Shown: positions 9,083 through 18,255 of the stretch, piece after piece
How the letters are laid out: every line of letters begins with the position of its first letter
Position numbering within the stretch: the stretch's first letter is position 1
DNA from: Candidatus Bathyarchaeota archaeon
GTDB taxonomy: Archaea > Thermoproteota > Bathyarchaeia > 40CM-2-53-6
Direction of reading: 5' to 3'
Assembly (NCBI GenBank): GCA_963753065.1
Contig: CAVWAQ010000002.1
Location: 145,863 to 209,862 of the forward strand
DNA length: 64,000 nt
The notes under the pieces: generated by a model
What the model was told of the DNA's origin: nothing
Database searches by the model: none
Seen by the model: only the letters and a program-made list of their open reading frames with translations
Made by a program: the position numbers and the translations under genes

Positions 9083-9193
9083 TGGCGGGCGGGGCAGGAT
9101 TCGAACCCGCGACTCCAGGCTCCGGAGGCCTGTGCCCTATCCTGGCTAGGCGTCGGGAGAAACTACGCAGTCTATACCCGCCCATACCCGCCC
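9083..9193 (-). tRNA. tRNA-Arg (anticodon CCG) with a 23-nt intron between positions 9 and 10; the upper coordinate includes an upstream duplicate of the acceptor segment
   Basis: Read on the minus strand: acceptor GGGCGGG-TA (9183..9175), intron about 9174..9152 (TAGACTGCGTAGTTTCTCCCGAC), D arm GCCT/AGCCAGGATA/GGGC with A14, G18G19, A20 and A21. Anticodon arm is CAGGC-CTCCGGA-GCCTG and T arm GCGGG-TTCGAAT-CCTGC. The acceptor 3' strand CCCGCCC is followed by G73 and an encoded CCA ending at 9083. The spliced length would be 78 nt. A second GGGCGGGTAT copy lies immediately 5' (9193..9184). Confidence 0.65.
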
Positions 9194-9390
9194 GACATTG
9201 CAGCCAATAGCAAGCGAGAGCACATCATTTCTCCAGCCTGCGATCGCAGGCAGATACTTTCGTGAAAGATACTTAAGTTACGTCATTGACCAATCAGCCG
9301 AGTCGACATTCTCAGTGTCTCCCCAAATCTATTCAACAAGTTACATCTGTACAATGCCCATCCATACGCGGTGACTCGGCGGAAGCACAA

Positions 9391-11334
9391 ATGCCCTCAA
9401 CTCTCACGAGATTCAAGGAGCAATGCAATCAAGCCATAACATCGTCCGTTCAGCAACTCTATCATCTCGACTGCCCGGACCCCATGCTTGAGGAGCCCCC
9501 ATCACAAGAATTCGGTCAGTTGGCCTCTTCTATCCCGTTTGAACTTGCAAAAACACTGAAGACCAGTCCCCCGGAAATCGCAAAGAAGATAGCAGGTCAG
9601 ATTGTCCCATCCAAGTTTGAACTATTAGGCCGAGTTGAACCCGCAGGATCAGGATACGTGAACTTCCATTTAGATTTCAGCAAGGCCGCGCGGGAGATTC
9701 TCACGGTCGCGGTGTCGGCAGGAAAGAAGTATGGACTGGATGCGACGGCAGAACCGAAGAGGATCGTGGTCGAGCACACCAGCGCGAACCCAAGTGGCCC
9801 ACTTCACTTGGGGCACGCAAGAAACACTATCCTAGGTGATGCGCTCGCTAGGCTTCTGAGAGCTAGAGGTCATAGAGTTCAGACAAGGTTCTACGTCGAC
9901 GACGTGGGAAAGCAGGTCGCAATGCTCGCTTATGGGTACTCCCTCCTAGGCGAGCCTAAGCCCATCGGAAAACCAGACCAATGGTTGGGTCTACTATATG
10001 CATGCGTGAACTGCGCGGTACAAATCGAAACCCTGAAAGCTGAGATTTCACGTCTTCGCGAAACCTCCGATCCTGAACAGAAAGCTCCAGAGCTGACAAA
10101 GGAACTCGACGACTGGACAACAGTAGCCAAAGAGCTCGAGTCCATCGACTCGACACTGTTCTACAGGACTGTCGAAGCGGTTCGCTCAAGAACTGAGCCA
10201 ATGCGGGAGGTTGAGCAGATCGTCGTCCGATACGAGAAGGGTGACGAGAAGACGCGGAGGATCGTGAGGGGAGTCGCCGAATTGTCACTCGAAGGCATTC
10301 GCGAGACTCTCAAGCAGATGGAGGTCACCTTTGATGAGTGGGACTGGGAGAGCGAGTTGGTTTGGAGTGGCGAAGTCCGAGATTCGATGAAACGATTGTC
10401 CTCGACTCCATTCGCGATCACGGACGGAACATCGCTCGCGCTTGATGTGGACAAGATCGCGAAGACTTACGGACTGGACCGGACGCTCGGATTCGCCGAG
10501 AATTACGAAGTGCCCCAGGTAACACTTGTCAGGAGCGACGGGACGACCCTCTACGTTACGCGCGACATCGCCTACTCGATCAAGAAGTTCCGTGACGCTG
10601 ACATTGTTGTAAACGTGATAGGCTCGGAACAGAAACTCGCCCAGCTGCAGCTGAAACTGGCCCTCTATGCGCTGGGTGCCAAGCATATCGCGGAGAATCT
10701 GATTCATTACGCATATGGAATCGTCGAGCTGCCAGGAGTGAAGATGTCCAAACGCAGGGCACGATACATCAGTGTCGATGAAATCATCAACCAAGCCGTT
10801 TCGCGCGCGCAAGAGAAGATATCGTCCAGAGAGGAAACCCTGTCTGAGAAAGATCGGACGAACATCAGCAAGACAGTGGGACTGGCCGCGATAAAATACG
10901 CCATGCTCTCGACATCGAGTGCGAAGACTATCACGTTCACTTGGGATCGTGTGCTAAGCTTGGAAAGGAACAGCGCCCCTTTCATCAACTACGCTTACAC
11001 TAGGGGAGGCGGAATACTGTCCAAAGCCGGCGAGGTCCAGGAAGACCCAGACTACGCTGCCTTGACTGACCCATTGGAACACCTACTGATCCTCCAGATA
11101 GGCAAGTTCCCTATGATCTTCGCCGAGTCTGCAGATAGACTGAGACCTGAGCAGGTCGCCGCCTACGCAAATGTGCTTGCTGAGAAATTCCACGAATACT
11201 ACGAGAAAGTGAACGTCCTTCGAGCGGAAACACCAAAGCTGAAAGCCGCGAGGCTAATGCTGATTCGTGCGTTGAGGATCGTTCTAGCGAACTCGATGAA
11301 TGTGCTTGGTATGGATTTGTCTGAAAGAATGTGA
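9391..11334 (+). CDS. argS: Arginyl-tRNA synthetase (class I)
   Basis: HIGH-type motif HTSANPSGPLHLGHARN and a KMSKR-type motif GVKMSKRRARYI, with Arg-tRNA synthetase domain order. The ORF opens at 9286, but the conserved N-terminus begins at Met 9391 (MPSTLTRFKEQ). Confidence 0.9.
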   Translation: MPSTLTRFKEQCNQAITSSVQQLYHLDCPDPMLEEPPSQEFGQLASSIPFELAKTLKTSPPEIAKKIAGQIVPSKFELLGRVEPAGSGYVNFHLDFSKAAREILTVAVSAGKKYGLDATAEPKRIVVEHTSANPSGPLHLGHARNTILGDALARLLRARGHRVQTRFYVDDVGKQVAMLAYGYSLLGEPKPIGKPDQWLGLLYACVNCAVQIETLKAEISRLRETSDPEQKAPELTKELDDWTTVAKELESIDSTLFYRTVEAVRSRTEPMREVEQIVVRYEKGDEKTRRIVRGVAELSLEGIRETLKQMEVTFDEWDWESELVWSGEVRDSMKRLSSTPFAITDGTSLALDVDKIAKTYGLDRTLGFAENYEVPQVTLVRSDGTTLYVTRDIAYSIKKFRDADIVVNVIGSEQKLAQLQLKLALYALGAKHIAENLIHYAYGIVELPGVKMSKRRARYISVDEIINQAVSRAQEKISSREETLSEKDRTNISKTVGLAAIKYAMLSTSSAKTITFTWDRVLSLERNSAPFINYAYTRGGGILSKAGEVQEDPDYAALTDPLEHLLILQIGKFPMIFAESADRLRPEQVAAYANVLAEKFHEYYEKVNVLRAETPKLKAARLMLIRALRIVLANSMNVLGMDLSERM

Positions 11335-11416
11335 TGAGGCCCATGACCGCCAGTAGGTTACAGCGCGCAGGGAAACGATTCACAACCCGACGAATCTCCG
11401 AGGAGCGAGGGCATCT

Positions 11417-12688
11417 TTGGTCAGTCTGAGAGGCATCTTTGCGGTCGATTTCCATCCGAGAAGAAACCAATACGATCACGCTTTCATGTATCTCTTCGTC
11501 ATTAGTGCTGCGCTTAGACTCATCTGGCTCGATAAGCCTCCGGGGCTGCTCATCTTTGACGAGTCATACTACGTCAATGTCGCGAGAATCATCCTGAGGC
11601 TGCCTCAGCAGCCGAACGTGTTTCCGAATGCTATTCCTGGAATTGATTCCGTGAACCAGGAGCATCCGCTCCTCGCGAAACTGCTGATCGCGCTTTCGAT
11701 GAGTATCATAGGAGACAACGGATGGGGGTGGAGAATCCCAAGCGTTGTGTTCGGTCTGCTCTCGATCTTTGTCCTCTATCTCCTTCTGAAGAAGACCGCA
11801 AAGAATCCGCTGATTGCTCTGATGGGGACGTTCCTCTTCAGTTTCGATACGTTGGTCTTCGTGCATAGTCGAATCGCGACATTGGACATATTCGTTCTAG
11901 GATTCATGTTGCTGGGCTTCTATTGGTACTTCTCTAATAGAATGAACCTCAGCGCTCTCGGAATGGCGTTGGCTACGCTGTGCAAGATATCTGGGCTCTA
12001 TGGAATTCTAACTCTCGGAGCTTTCCACTTGGGAAGAGAACTCCTCTCAAGAGGCAGGAAAGTTGATTGGCAAAGCCTCTTGAGCGTCTTCGAGAAGTAT
12101 GCCATCGTCTACTTGGTTTCTTTCATAGGTCTGATGGCTGTGCTTGATTTCTTCTGGGCAGGCTACAAGAATCCGTTCGAGCATCTGTCCCACATCTACA
12201 GCTACACTTTCGCACTTCGTGCCCCTGATGTTCGAAAGCCGACCGACATCTGGAGTTACCCTTGGGAGTGGCTGGTTGATCAGGTGAGGATTCACTATGC
12301 GACCGTGAATGTCTCAGTGTTCACGGATCATAATGTCGCCCGAACATATCCGAGCGTGGACTTCATCGGGGCGATGAACCCAACCATAGTGTTCCTGACT
12401 ATTCCGGCGATGGCGTACAATGTATACCGATACCATGAGACTAAGAGTGAATTCTCTTTGTTCATGCTCGTATGGTTCGCGATGACCTATCTACCCTACT
12501 TCCCCGCGGCGATCTTCGGGCACCGGATAATGTACATCTTCTATTTCCTCAACACAGTGCCAGCCGTCGCCGCGTCAGTGGCGGGTATGATCGTTGATCA
12601 GAAACCGCCAAGAATAATCGTAGTGTTCTACCTCGCTGCCGTAATCATAGGTTTCTACATAATGTTCCCATTCAAGGTCATTCCATGA
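11417..12688 (+). CDS. GT-C-type integral membrane glycosyltransferase (PMT/ArnT-like, dolichyl- or undecaprenyl-phosphate sugar dependent)
   Basis: Polytopic membrane protein with a conserved DE-containing first loop (LIFDESYYVNVARII), typical of GT39/GT83-like enzymes. Confidence 0.55.
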   Translation: MVSLRGIFAVDFHPRRNQYDHAFMYLFVISAALRLIWLDKPPGLLIFDESYYVNVARIILRLPQQPNVFPNAIPGIDSVNQEHPLLAKLLIALSMSIIGDNGWGWRIPSVVFGLLSIFVLYLLLKKTAKNPLIALMGTFLFSFDTLVFVHSRIATLDIFVLGFMLLGFYWYFSNRMNLSALGMALATLCKISGLYGILTLGAFHLGRELLSRGRKVDWQSLLSVFEKYAIVYLVSFIGLMAVLDFFWAGYKNPFEHLSHIYSYTFALRAPDVRKPTDIWSYPWEWLVDQVRIHYATVNVSVFTDHNVARTYPSVDFIGAMNPTIVFLTIPAMAYNVYRYHETKSEFSLFMLVWFAMTYLPYFPAAIFGHRIMYIFYFLNTVPAVAASVAGMIVDQKPPRIIVVFYLAAVIIGFYIMFPFKVIP

Positions 12689-12800
12689 TGAGGCTCTGGG
12701 GCGCAGCTAGGGCACATGCACGGTCCGAGTAGTCCGGTGCAGACCTTAACGTGGGCAAGCTGGATGGAAAGTGTGGGTTTGAAAGGGCTCGTATTGGCGA

Positions 12801-13115
12801 TCAGTCGCTCTTCTCGATCTTGATGTCTATGGTGGAGACGTTCCGCATGTCTCCTCCTTCGCCGATCACTTGTGTTCCGATCGTGATCTCCTTGACGGAC
12901 AGTTTGCCGCCGAAGAATCTCCTCCTGACAACCTCGACAACATCGACCGCTGTGCTAATCGCTCTTCCTCGAGCTTTAATGGTCAGGATCTTTGCTCCGC
13001 TCTGGTAGTGCATCATGACCGCAGTCGCGTAGGCCATTACGGGTTTCTTCCCGATGAGTATCGTATCAGGGGGGATGGGCTCTCTCGGGGCAATCGGCGC
13101 TGGCTTTTCTGTCAT
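12801..13115 (-). CDS. albA: Alba DNA/RNA-binding chromatin protein
   Basis: Core sequence DTILIGKKPVMAYATAVMMHYQSGAKILTIKARGRAISTAVDVVEVVRRRF...RNVSTIDIKIE. The ORF extends to 13226, but the Alba domain begins at the internal Met (MTEKPAPIA). Confidence 0.85.
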   Translation of the reverse strand: MTEKPAPIAPREPIPPDTILIGKKPVMAYATAVMMHYQSGAKILTIKARGRAISTAVDVVEVVRRRFFGGKLSVKEITIGTQVIGEGGDMRNVSTIDIKIEKSD

Positions 13116-13624
13116 GCAATGCTCACCTCCGAAACAGAGTAATCTTGGGGTAAGTGCAAGCCTATGCTTTCGAGAAGTTGACTTAAGCCTTACCATCCCA
13201 GGGTCTTCAAGCGTGAGGCAAAGCACGAGAATTGACGCAGTTGAGTATATTCGACGTGCTTCGTGAATGTCGTATTCTCCTCATGCTTTCACTGTATGGG
13301 CTTGTTCAGTGTTTCAGACGCCATTGTAGAATCGTCTGTAAAGACCTCAAATCATTCGATGGAGACACACAACGAGCGCCACTCCGCTGTGGTCTCTCCA
13401 ATGCGTCTCTTGAAAAACACAAGAATGAATCCTATTTAAGCACCGGATTTGTGAGTGGTTCCAACTTTCGCTCCTGCCTCATGATATGTTCGTTCTCTTG
13501 GACCTGAGAGGGACTTGTTGTGAGAAAGCATCTCTTGGGATCATACTCTTTTTGACAGCTTTCTTTCCAGAAATCTAATGGCACTAGGACCCCTAAACGA
13601 CGAACTCACAACTCAATTTGTGGG

Positions 13625-14293
13625 TTGCACAATCTAGGAGAGACAATCTTGTCATATGGCTTCAGCAACTGGGATGAACCACCGCTTCGGACGCGAATAA
13701 CAGGCAAGATCCATCGCGGTGAATCGTTGAACGAAAGACTGGCCGAGGCGATCTTCCGTCTGCAAGCTCAAGAGAATAGGCTCGCAGGGGCAGCGGCTCG
13801 GATGCAGCAGCACGACAAGGAGATGTTTGACAAGTGCGTGCGAGCTCAAGTTGCCAAGGATAATGCCCGAGCAGCAATGTACGCTAACGAGTGCGCGCAG
13901 ATCAGGAAGATGGCCAAGATAACATTGCAGTGCCAGCTGGCACTCATGCAGGCTTCCCTGAGACTCGAGACTGCTCGTGAATTCGGGAACATCGCTTCCA
14001 TGATGGCCCCTGTCGCATCGGTTGTCAAGTCAGTACAAGGGCACATCACTGGAATCATCCCTGAAGTGGGATTCGAGCTCGCCGAGATCGGAGAGGTGTT
14101 AAACAATGCCGTGTGCGACATTGGCGGCCCTCTCGGCTCAGATTCAGCAGTACAAGCCTCTGGTGAAGATGCACAAAAGATCCTCTCAGAGGCCAATGTC
14201 CTAGCTGAACATAGAATTCAGCAACACTTCCCAGAGATACCAACGGCTCCGTCTCCTCTGACTCAGAGGACAGCAGAGCAGGGATTCCAGTAG
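13625..14293 (+). CDS. ESCRT-III (Snf7/CdvB) family protein, paralog 1
   Basis: Helical-hairpin core ANECAQIRKMAKITLQCQLALMQASLRLETAREFGNIASMMAPVASVVKSV, followed by an acidic MIM-like C-terminal region (SGEDAQKILSEANVLAE). Paralogous to ORFs 15029 and 17474. Confidence 0.75.
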   Translation: MHNLGETILSYGFSNWDEPPLRTRITGKIHRGESLNERLAEAIFRLQAQENRLAGAAARMQQHDKEMFDKCVRAQVAKDNARAAMYANECAQIRKMAKITLQCQLALMQASLRLETAREFGNIASMMAPVASVVKSVQGHITGIIPEVGFELAEIGEVLNNAVCDIGGPLGSDSAVQASGEDAQKILSEANVLAEHRIQQHFPEIPTAPSPLTQRTAEQGFQ

Positions 14294-14322
14294 CAGTACC
14301 GAACCCTTCATGGTGGATACTG

Positions 14323-15015
14323 ATGGTAATGCTCGTAGAGGATGTTGGAAGATACCTAGGCAAAACGGTTCAAACCCCCTACAACACCCCCGTCGGAAAA
14401 CTGATTGGTGTAGACACAAACATTCGCAACGAAGTAACTCAAGTCAACGTCGAGCAGGAATCAGGAATCCTCGCGAAATACCCCGCCACGCAAGTGAAGG
14501 TGGAGAACGGGTCTGTCGTGGTTACGCCTGCGTGGAAGCACGAAGCTTCGGACTTAGAACGCGAGTACTCGACCGCGTCGAAGCGTATTACCGCGCTAAA
14601 GTCCCTCCTCTCCGACGGCGATATCGACACAACAGCGTATAGAGAAATGGCCAGCGAATATGAAGGCGCCATACATGCAATGGAAAGTCGCCGTATTGCG
14701 CTTGTTGATTCGCTCAAGGAAAGAACGCTGAAGCTGGAAGATGAAATACGAAGACTCCAGCTAGTATTGACAGACAACAAGCTGCTCTATTCGTCTGGGG
14801 TGGTTGAGGCGATTGCGTACAAAGACGCCTCTCAAATCATACACGGGATGCTGAACGGGCACCTTACTGAGAAGAAGGACGTTCAGGCAACGCTTGAGAG
14901 CTTGACCTCCTTGGAAAGAGGTCCGCAAGTACAAGACCAGACTTTGCCTCGTAGAATTGACCAAGGGATCCCAGATTATGTTGTTGTGAAAATCAACGAA
15001 GAGATGCCTGCATAG
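14323..15015 (+). CDS. cdvA: CdvA-like protein (N-terminal PRC-barrel-like beta domain plus coiled coil)
   Basis: The N-terminus LGKTVQTPYNTPVGKLIGVDTNIRNEVTQVNVE...VKVENGSVVVTP resembles the PRC-barrel of CdvA. A long coiled-coil segment follows. The gene sits immediately upstream of the CdvB and CdvC homologs. Confidence 0.6.
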   Translation: MVMLVEDVGRYLGKTVQTPYNTPVGKLIGVDTNIRNEVTQVNVEQESGILAKYPATQVKVENGSVVVTPAWKHEASDLEREYSTASKRITALKSLLSDGDIDTTAYREMASEYEGAIHAMESRRIALVDSLKERTLKLEDEIRRLQLVLTDNKLLYSSGVVEAIAYKDASQIIHGMLNGHLTEKKDVQATLESLTSLERGPQVQDQTLPRRIDQGIPDYVVVKINEEMPA

Positions 15016-15028
15016 GCAGTGGCACAAT

Positions 15029-15802
15029 TTGACGATAGTCGATAGAATCGTTCCGCATCTCCATCAGGTCCCCCTCAAGGATCAAATCGTCAAAGCGAGG
15101 TCTAGACTTGAAATTCAAAAAGATAGACTTGAGGGCATGGCAATCAAGATCCAGCAGAAGGATCAGGAGCTTCTCGAACGATGCGTTGGCGCACAGGCGA
15201 ACAATGATCTTGCTCGCGCACGATTGTACGCGAACGAGTGCGCCGAGGTAAGAAAGATTGCTCACATAATTATCAGCGGCCAACTCGCGCTTGAGCAGGT
15301 TGTCTTCAAGCTCGACATGGCGCTTGAGTTCGGAGAACTCTTGGGCGACATGAAGCCCATTGTCGGCATTGTGGCTGAAACAAAAGGAAGGATCTCCAAC
15401 GTTGTTCCGCACATAGCGAACGAACTTGGAGAGATAAACACCATGCTACAGGACCTCAGCGATGAAGCTGGTCCGGTTCTCGACAACGCAGGAGCTGTCC
15501 AGACAACCAGCGAAGATGCGAAGAAGGTCCTTGAGGAGTCGTCTGTGATTGCACAGGAGCGGCTGTCTCAGACATTTCCCAAACTGCCGGAGCTTACTCT
15601 CGAACACAGGAACGCTTCGCCTGAGCCGATGCCTGCTGCGGCGAGCGAGACAGAAGTGGACCGGCGCGTCTACGAGTACATCAAGAGCCACCAAGGGAAC
15701 CTTCACGTATCCGATGCAGCACGCCTCATCGGGATACCGTCAGACAGAGTGAAGATCGCCCTCGACCGGCTGGAAAGTGAGGGAAAGGTAGTTGTCGAGT
15801 AG
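15029..15802 (+). CDS. cdvB: ESCRT-III (CdvB) family protein with a C-terminal winged-helix domain
   Basis: ESCRT-III core YANECAEVRKIAHIIISGQLALEQVVFKLDMALEFGELLGDMKPIVGIV plus C-terminal RVYEYIKSHQGNLHVSDAARLIGIPSDRVKIALDRLESEGKVVVE, a wH domain like that of crenarchaeal CdvB. It overlaps the cdvC start by 11 nt. Confidence 0.75.
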   Translation: MTIVDRIVPHLHQVPLKDQIVKARSRLEIQKDRLEGMAIKIQQKDQELLERCVGAQANNDLARARLYANECAEVRKIAHIIISGQLALEQVVFKLDMALEFGELLGDMKPIVGIVAETKGRISNVVPHIANELGEINTMLQDLSDEAGPVLDNAGAVQTTSEDAKKVLEESSVIAQERLSQTFPKLPELTLEHRNASPEPMPAAASETEVDRRVYEYIKSHQGNLHVSDAARLIGIPSDRVKIALDRLESEGKVVVE

Positions 15803-17009
15803 CACTCCACACAGGAGCCCGAGCAGCCTTCAGACAGTCGGATCTCCTTCTCCCTTTCGTTCTGAGACCAGATCGGGTTCGGCCTCTGAAGAGCTCGAGA
15901 GCTTAGCCGTCCGCTACGCGAACGAGGCGATCCAATTTGACCGACAGGGTTCGAAAGGGATGGCCATATCACGCTATCAGAGGGCATCTGAGGTGCTGCT
16001 CAAGCTATGCTCGCTGTACCCCGAAGCACCAACGAACAAAGTCTACATGGAGCACATCGAGAACTTCCGGCGAAGAATCAAGGAACTGAACGATCAAGGC
16101 TCGCGTGTTGGTGTAAATCCCTCCTCGCAGCTCGCTGTTGAGCAGATAGAGCATTTCGCTCCTATCCAGAAGCCGAATGTTAGATGGAACGACATTGCCG
16201 ACCTGCGCGACGCTAAGATGGCTGTTGAGGAATCTGTAGTCTATCCGGCTAGGCGTCCGGACTTGTTCCCGCTGGGGTGGCCTCGGGGGTTACTGTTTTT
16301 CGGCCCTCCAGGCTGCGGCAAGACCCTTCTAGCGGCTGCAATTGCGACTGAAATCAATGCCGATTTCTTCTGTGTCGACGCCGCAACTGTAATGGACAAG
16401 TGGCTGGGTCAGTCCGAGAAGAATGTCGCGAATTTGTTTCAGGACGCTAGGCGGGCGTCGGGTTCGGGGCGCCCTGCGATAATCTTCATCGACGAAGTGG
16501 ACTCTCTTGTTGGAATTAGGGGGGACGAGGTGGGCGGAGAAGTGCGTACCCGGAACCAATTCCTCAAGGAGATGGATAGCATTTCGGACAAGTCCAACCC
16601 ATCCCATGTGTATGTTGTTGGTGCAACAAATAAGCCGTGGGCACTTGACGAGGCGTTCATCCGCCGCTTTCAGAAGCGAATATTCGTTCCGTTGCCTAAC
16701 GTTGAAGCGCGAACTGAACTCGTCTCCATATACTCGAAAGACCTGACCACCAGTGGTGATGTTAGCACCGACGAGCTAGTCCATATGACAGAAGGCTACT
16801 CTGGAAGCGATATACGCGACATACTACAGGGAGCACAGATCAAGGTCGTCCGGGAGCTTTTTCAGTCTCAGAAGATCACAGAACGTTCACGGCCGAGAGC
16901 CATCTGCATGGAAGATATTCGAGAGGTCCTTCGCAAACGACGTCCAAGCGTGTCGCCGGAGATGCTTCGATTCTATGACAAGTGGTTTGAAAGGTACAAG
17001 GCGTTGTGA
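15792..17009 (+). CDS. cdvC: Vps4/CdvC AAA+ ATPase (MIT domain plus meiotic-clade AAA)
   Basis: N-terminal MIT-like helices (AVRYANEAIQFDRQGSKGMAISRYQRASEVLLKLCSLYPEAP), Walker A GPPGCGKT, Walker B IIFIDEVD and a Vps4-type C-terminal helix. Confidence 0.9.
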   Translation: MSSSTPHRSPSSLQTVGSPSPFRSETRSGSASEELESLAVRYANEAIQFDRQGSKGMAISRYQRASEVLLKLCSLYPEAPTNKVYMEHIENFRRRIKELNDQGSRVGVNPSSQLAVEQIEHFAPIQKPNVRWNDIADLRDAKMAVEESVVYPARRPDLFPLGWPRGLLFFGPPGCGKTLLAAAIATEINADFFCVDAATVMDKWLGQSEKNVANLFQDARRASGSGRPAIIFIDEVDSLVGIRGDEVGGEVRTRNQFLKEMDSISDKSNPSHVYVVGATNKPWALDEAFIRRFQKRIFVPLPNVEARTELVSIYSKDLTTSGDVSTDELVHMTEGYSGSDIRDILQGAQIKVVRELFQSQKITERSRPRAICMEDIREVLRKRRPSVSPEMLRFYDKWFERYKAL

Positions 17010-17559
17010 GGTCATGCAAATGTCAGCAGATTCAACCGACCTGAAGATCCTTGCAGAACTGGTGGAGAATGCGAAATCATCGTTCGTAGATATCGGCAAG
17101 AAGCTCGATCTTCACCCGAACGTGGTTGCATACAGAGTAAGCAAGCTCGAACGTTTAGGGATAATCAAGGACTACACGACTCGGCTCGACTTGGAGAAAC
17201 TCGGCCTTTCGGAGCAGGTCTTTGTTGCTGCGAGCTTACCAGGCAACTCCCAGCGCGAGCAAATCCTTAAAGAGATCGCCTCAATGCCTCAGACAATCCA
17301 AGTTGTGAGCTCCCTAGGCGAACCTGGAAACATCGTGTTCCTGGCTGGAAAGAACAAGGCTGATGTCGACAAGACAATGTGGAGGCTCAGAAACATGAAT
17401 GTGAAAATCGAGTACACCGGCTCGATAGTGCGCACCTATGATGAGGGAGGCCTTTGCAACTTCCTGAAACTTCTTGCGAAAGAATTCGAGGAGTCGAGGA
17501 GCCTTTCCAGACAGCCGGTCCCGGATCAACCTTGGGAAGGGGGGAAAGAGAGTGTTTAA
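16975..17559 (+). CDS. Lrp/AsnC-family transcriptional regulator (HTH plus RAM domain)
   Basis: HTH segment DLKILAELVENAKSSFVDIGKKLDLHPNVVAYRVSKLERLGII followed by a RAM fold. The true start is probably the internal MQMSADS. Confidence 0.8.
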   Translation: MTSGLKGTRRCEVMQMSADSTDLKILAELVENAKSSFVDIGKKLDLHPNVVAYRVSKLERLGIIKDYTTRLDLEKLGLSEQVFVAASLPGNSQREQILKEIASMPQTIQVVSSLGEPGNIVFLAGKNKADVDKTMWRLRNMNVKIEYTGSIVRTYDEGGLCNFLKLLAKEFEESRSLSRQPVPDQPWEGGKESV

Positions 17560-17572
17560 GGAAAACAGATCG

Positions 17573-18160
17573 ATGATGGGCAAAGTCAAGGAAGCTTTTC
17601 ACCCCACACCAGTCCGCAAGCGGATCATGGATGCGCTGCTAAGCCTCAAGATGCAGCTTTCACGCTTGGACAGGACAGCTCAGAAGATGCAGCAACGTGA
17701 CGCTACACTTTACAGCAAGTGCGTAACGGCGGTGCAGCAGAAGAACACAGAACTCGCGTCCATATATGCCAGCGAATGCGCCGAGATACGCAAAGTCGCG
17801 AAGGTCGTCCTGCACAGCCAACTCGCGTTGGAGCAAGTCGCTCTGAGACTGGACCTAGTCCGCGAATTCGGTGATGTCGCGCAGACCATGAGACCTGTCG
17901 CATCCGTTGTCAGGACGATCAAGACGCAGCTCCAAGGCATACTCCCTGAAGTGTCGCTTGAACTTGCATCAGTGAACGAGTCACTCGAAGACCTCGCATC
18001 ACAAGTCGGCGACGCCGCGGAGGAATCCTTTGCGGTACCCGTTTCAGGCGAGGACGCACAGAAAATCCTCAGCGAAGCAAATATCGTCGCAGAGCAAAAG
18101 ATGCGTGAACGTTTCCCAGACCTGCCCCCTGTTCCTGTGCAAGAAGCCAGAATCCAGTGA
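17573..18160 (+). CDS. ESCRT-III (Snf7/CdvB) family protein, paralog 3
   Basis: Core ASECAEIRKVAKVVLHSQLALEQVALRLDLVREFGDVAQTMRPVASVV and C-terminal SGEDAQKILSEANIVAE. The ORF opens at 17474, but the likely start is MMGKVKEAF at 17573. Confidence 0.75.
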   Translation: MMGKVKEAFHPTPVRKRIMDALLSLKMQLSRLDRTAQKMQQRDATLYSKCVTAVQQKNTELASIYASECAEIRKVAKVVLHSQLALEQVALRLDLVREFGDVAQTMRPVASVVRTIKTQLQGILPEVSLELASVNESLEDLASQVGDAAEESFAVPVSGEDAQKILSEANIVAEQKMRERFPDLPPVPVQEARIQ

Positions 18161-18255
18161 GATCCGAAAGCTCCTGGATTCGTCTCCTTTTTTCAACCCT
18201 TTTTTCGAAAGGCATATAGCCTGTCCGTTCACGCTCGCCCACATTGTGGGAATGA

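Noticed and set aside
8995-9210. ORF 8995..9210 (71 aa, ...GGAGFEPATPGSGGLCPILARRREK...)
   Set aside because: It is the antisense translation of the tRNA-Arg gene (GFEP = GGATTCGAACC, the T-arm complement).
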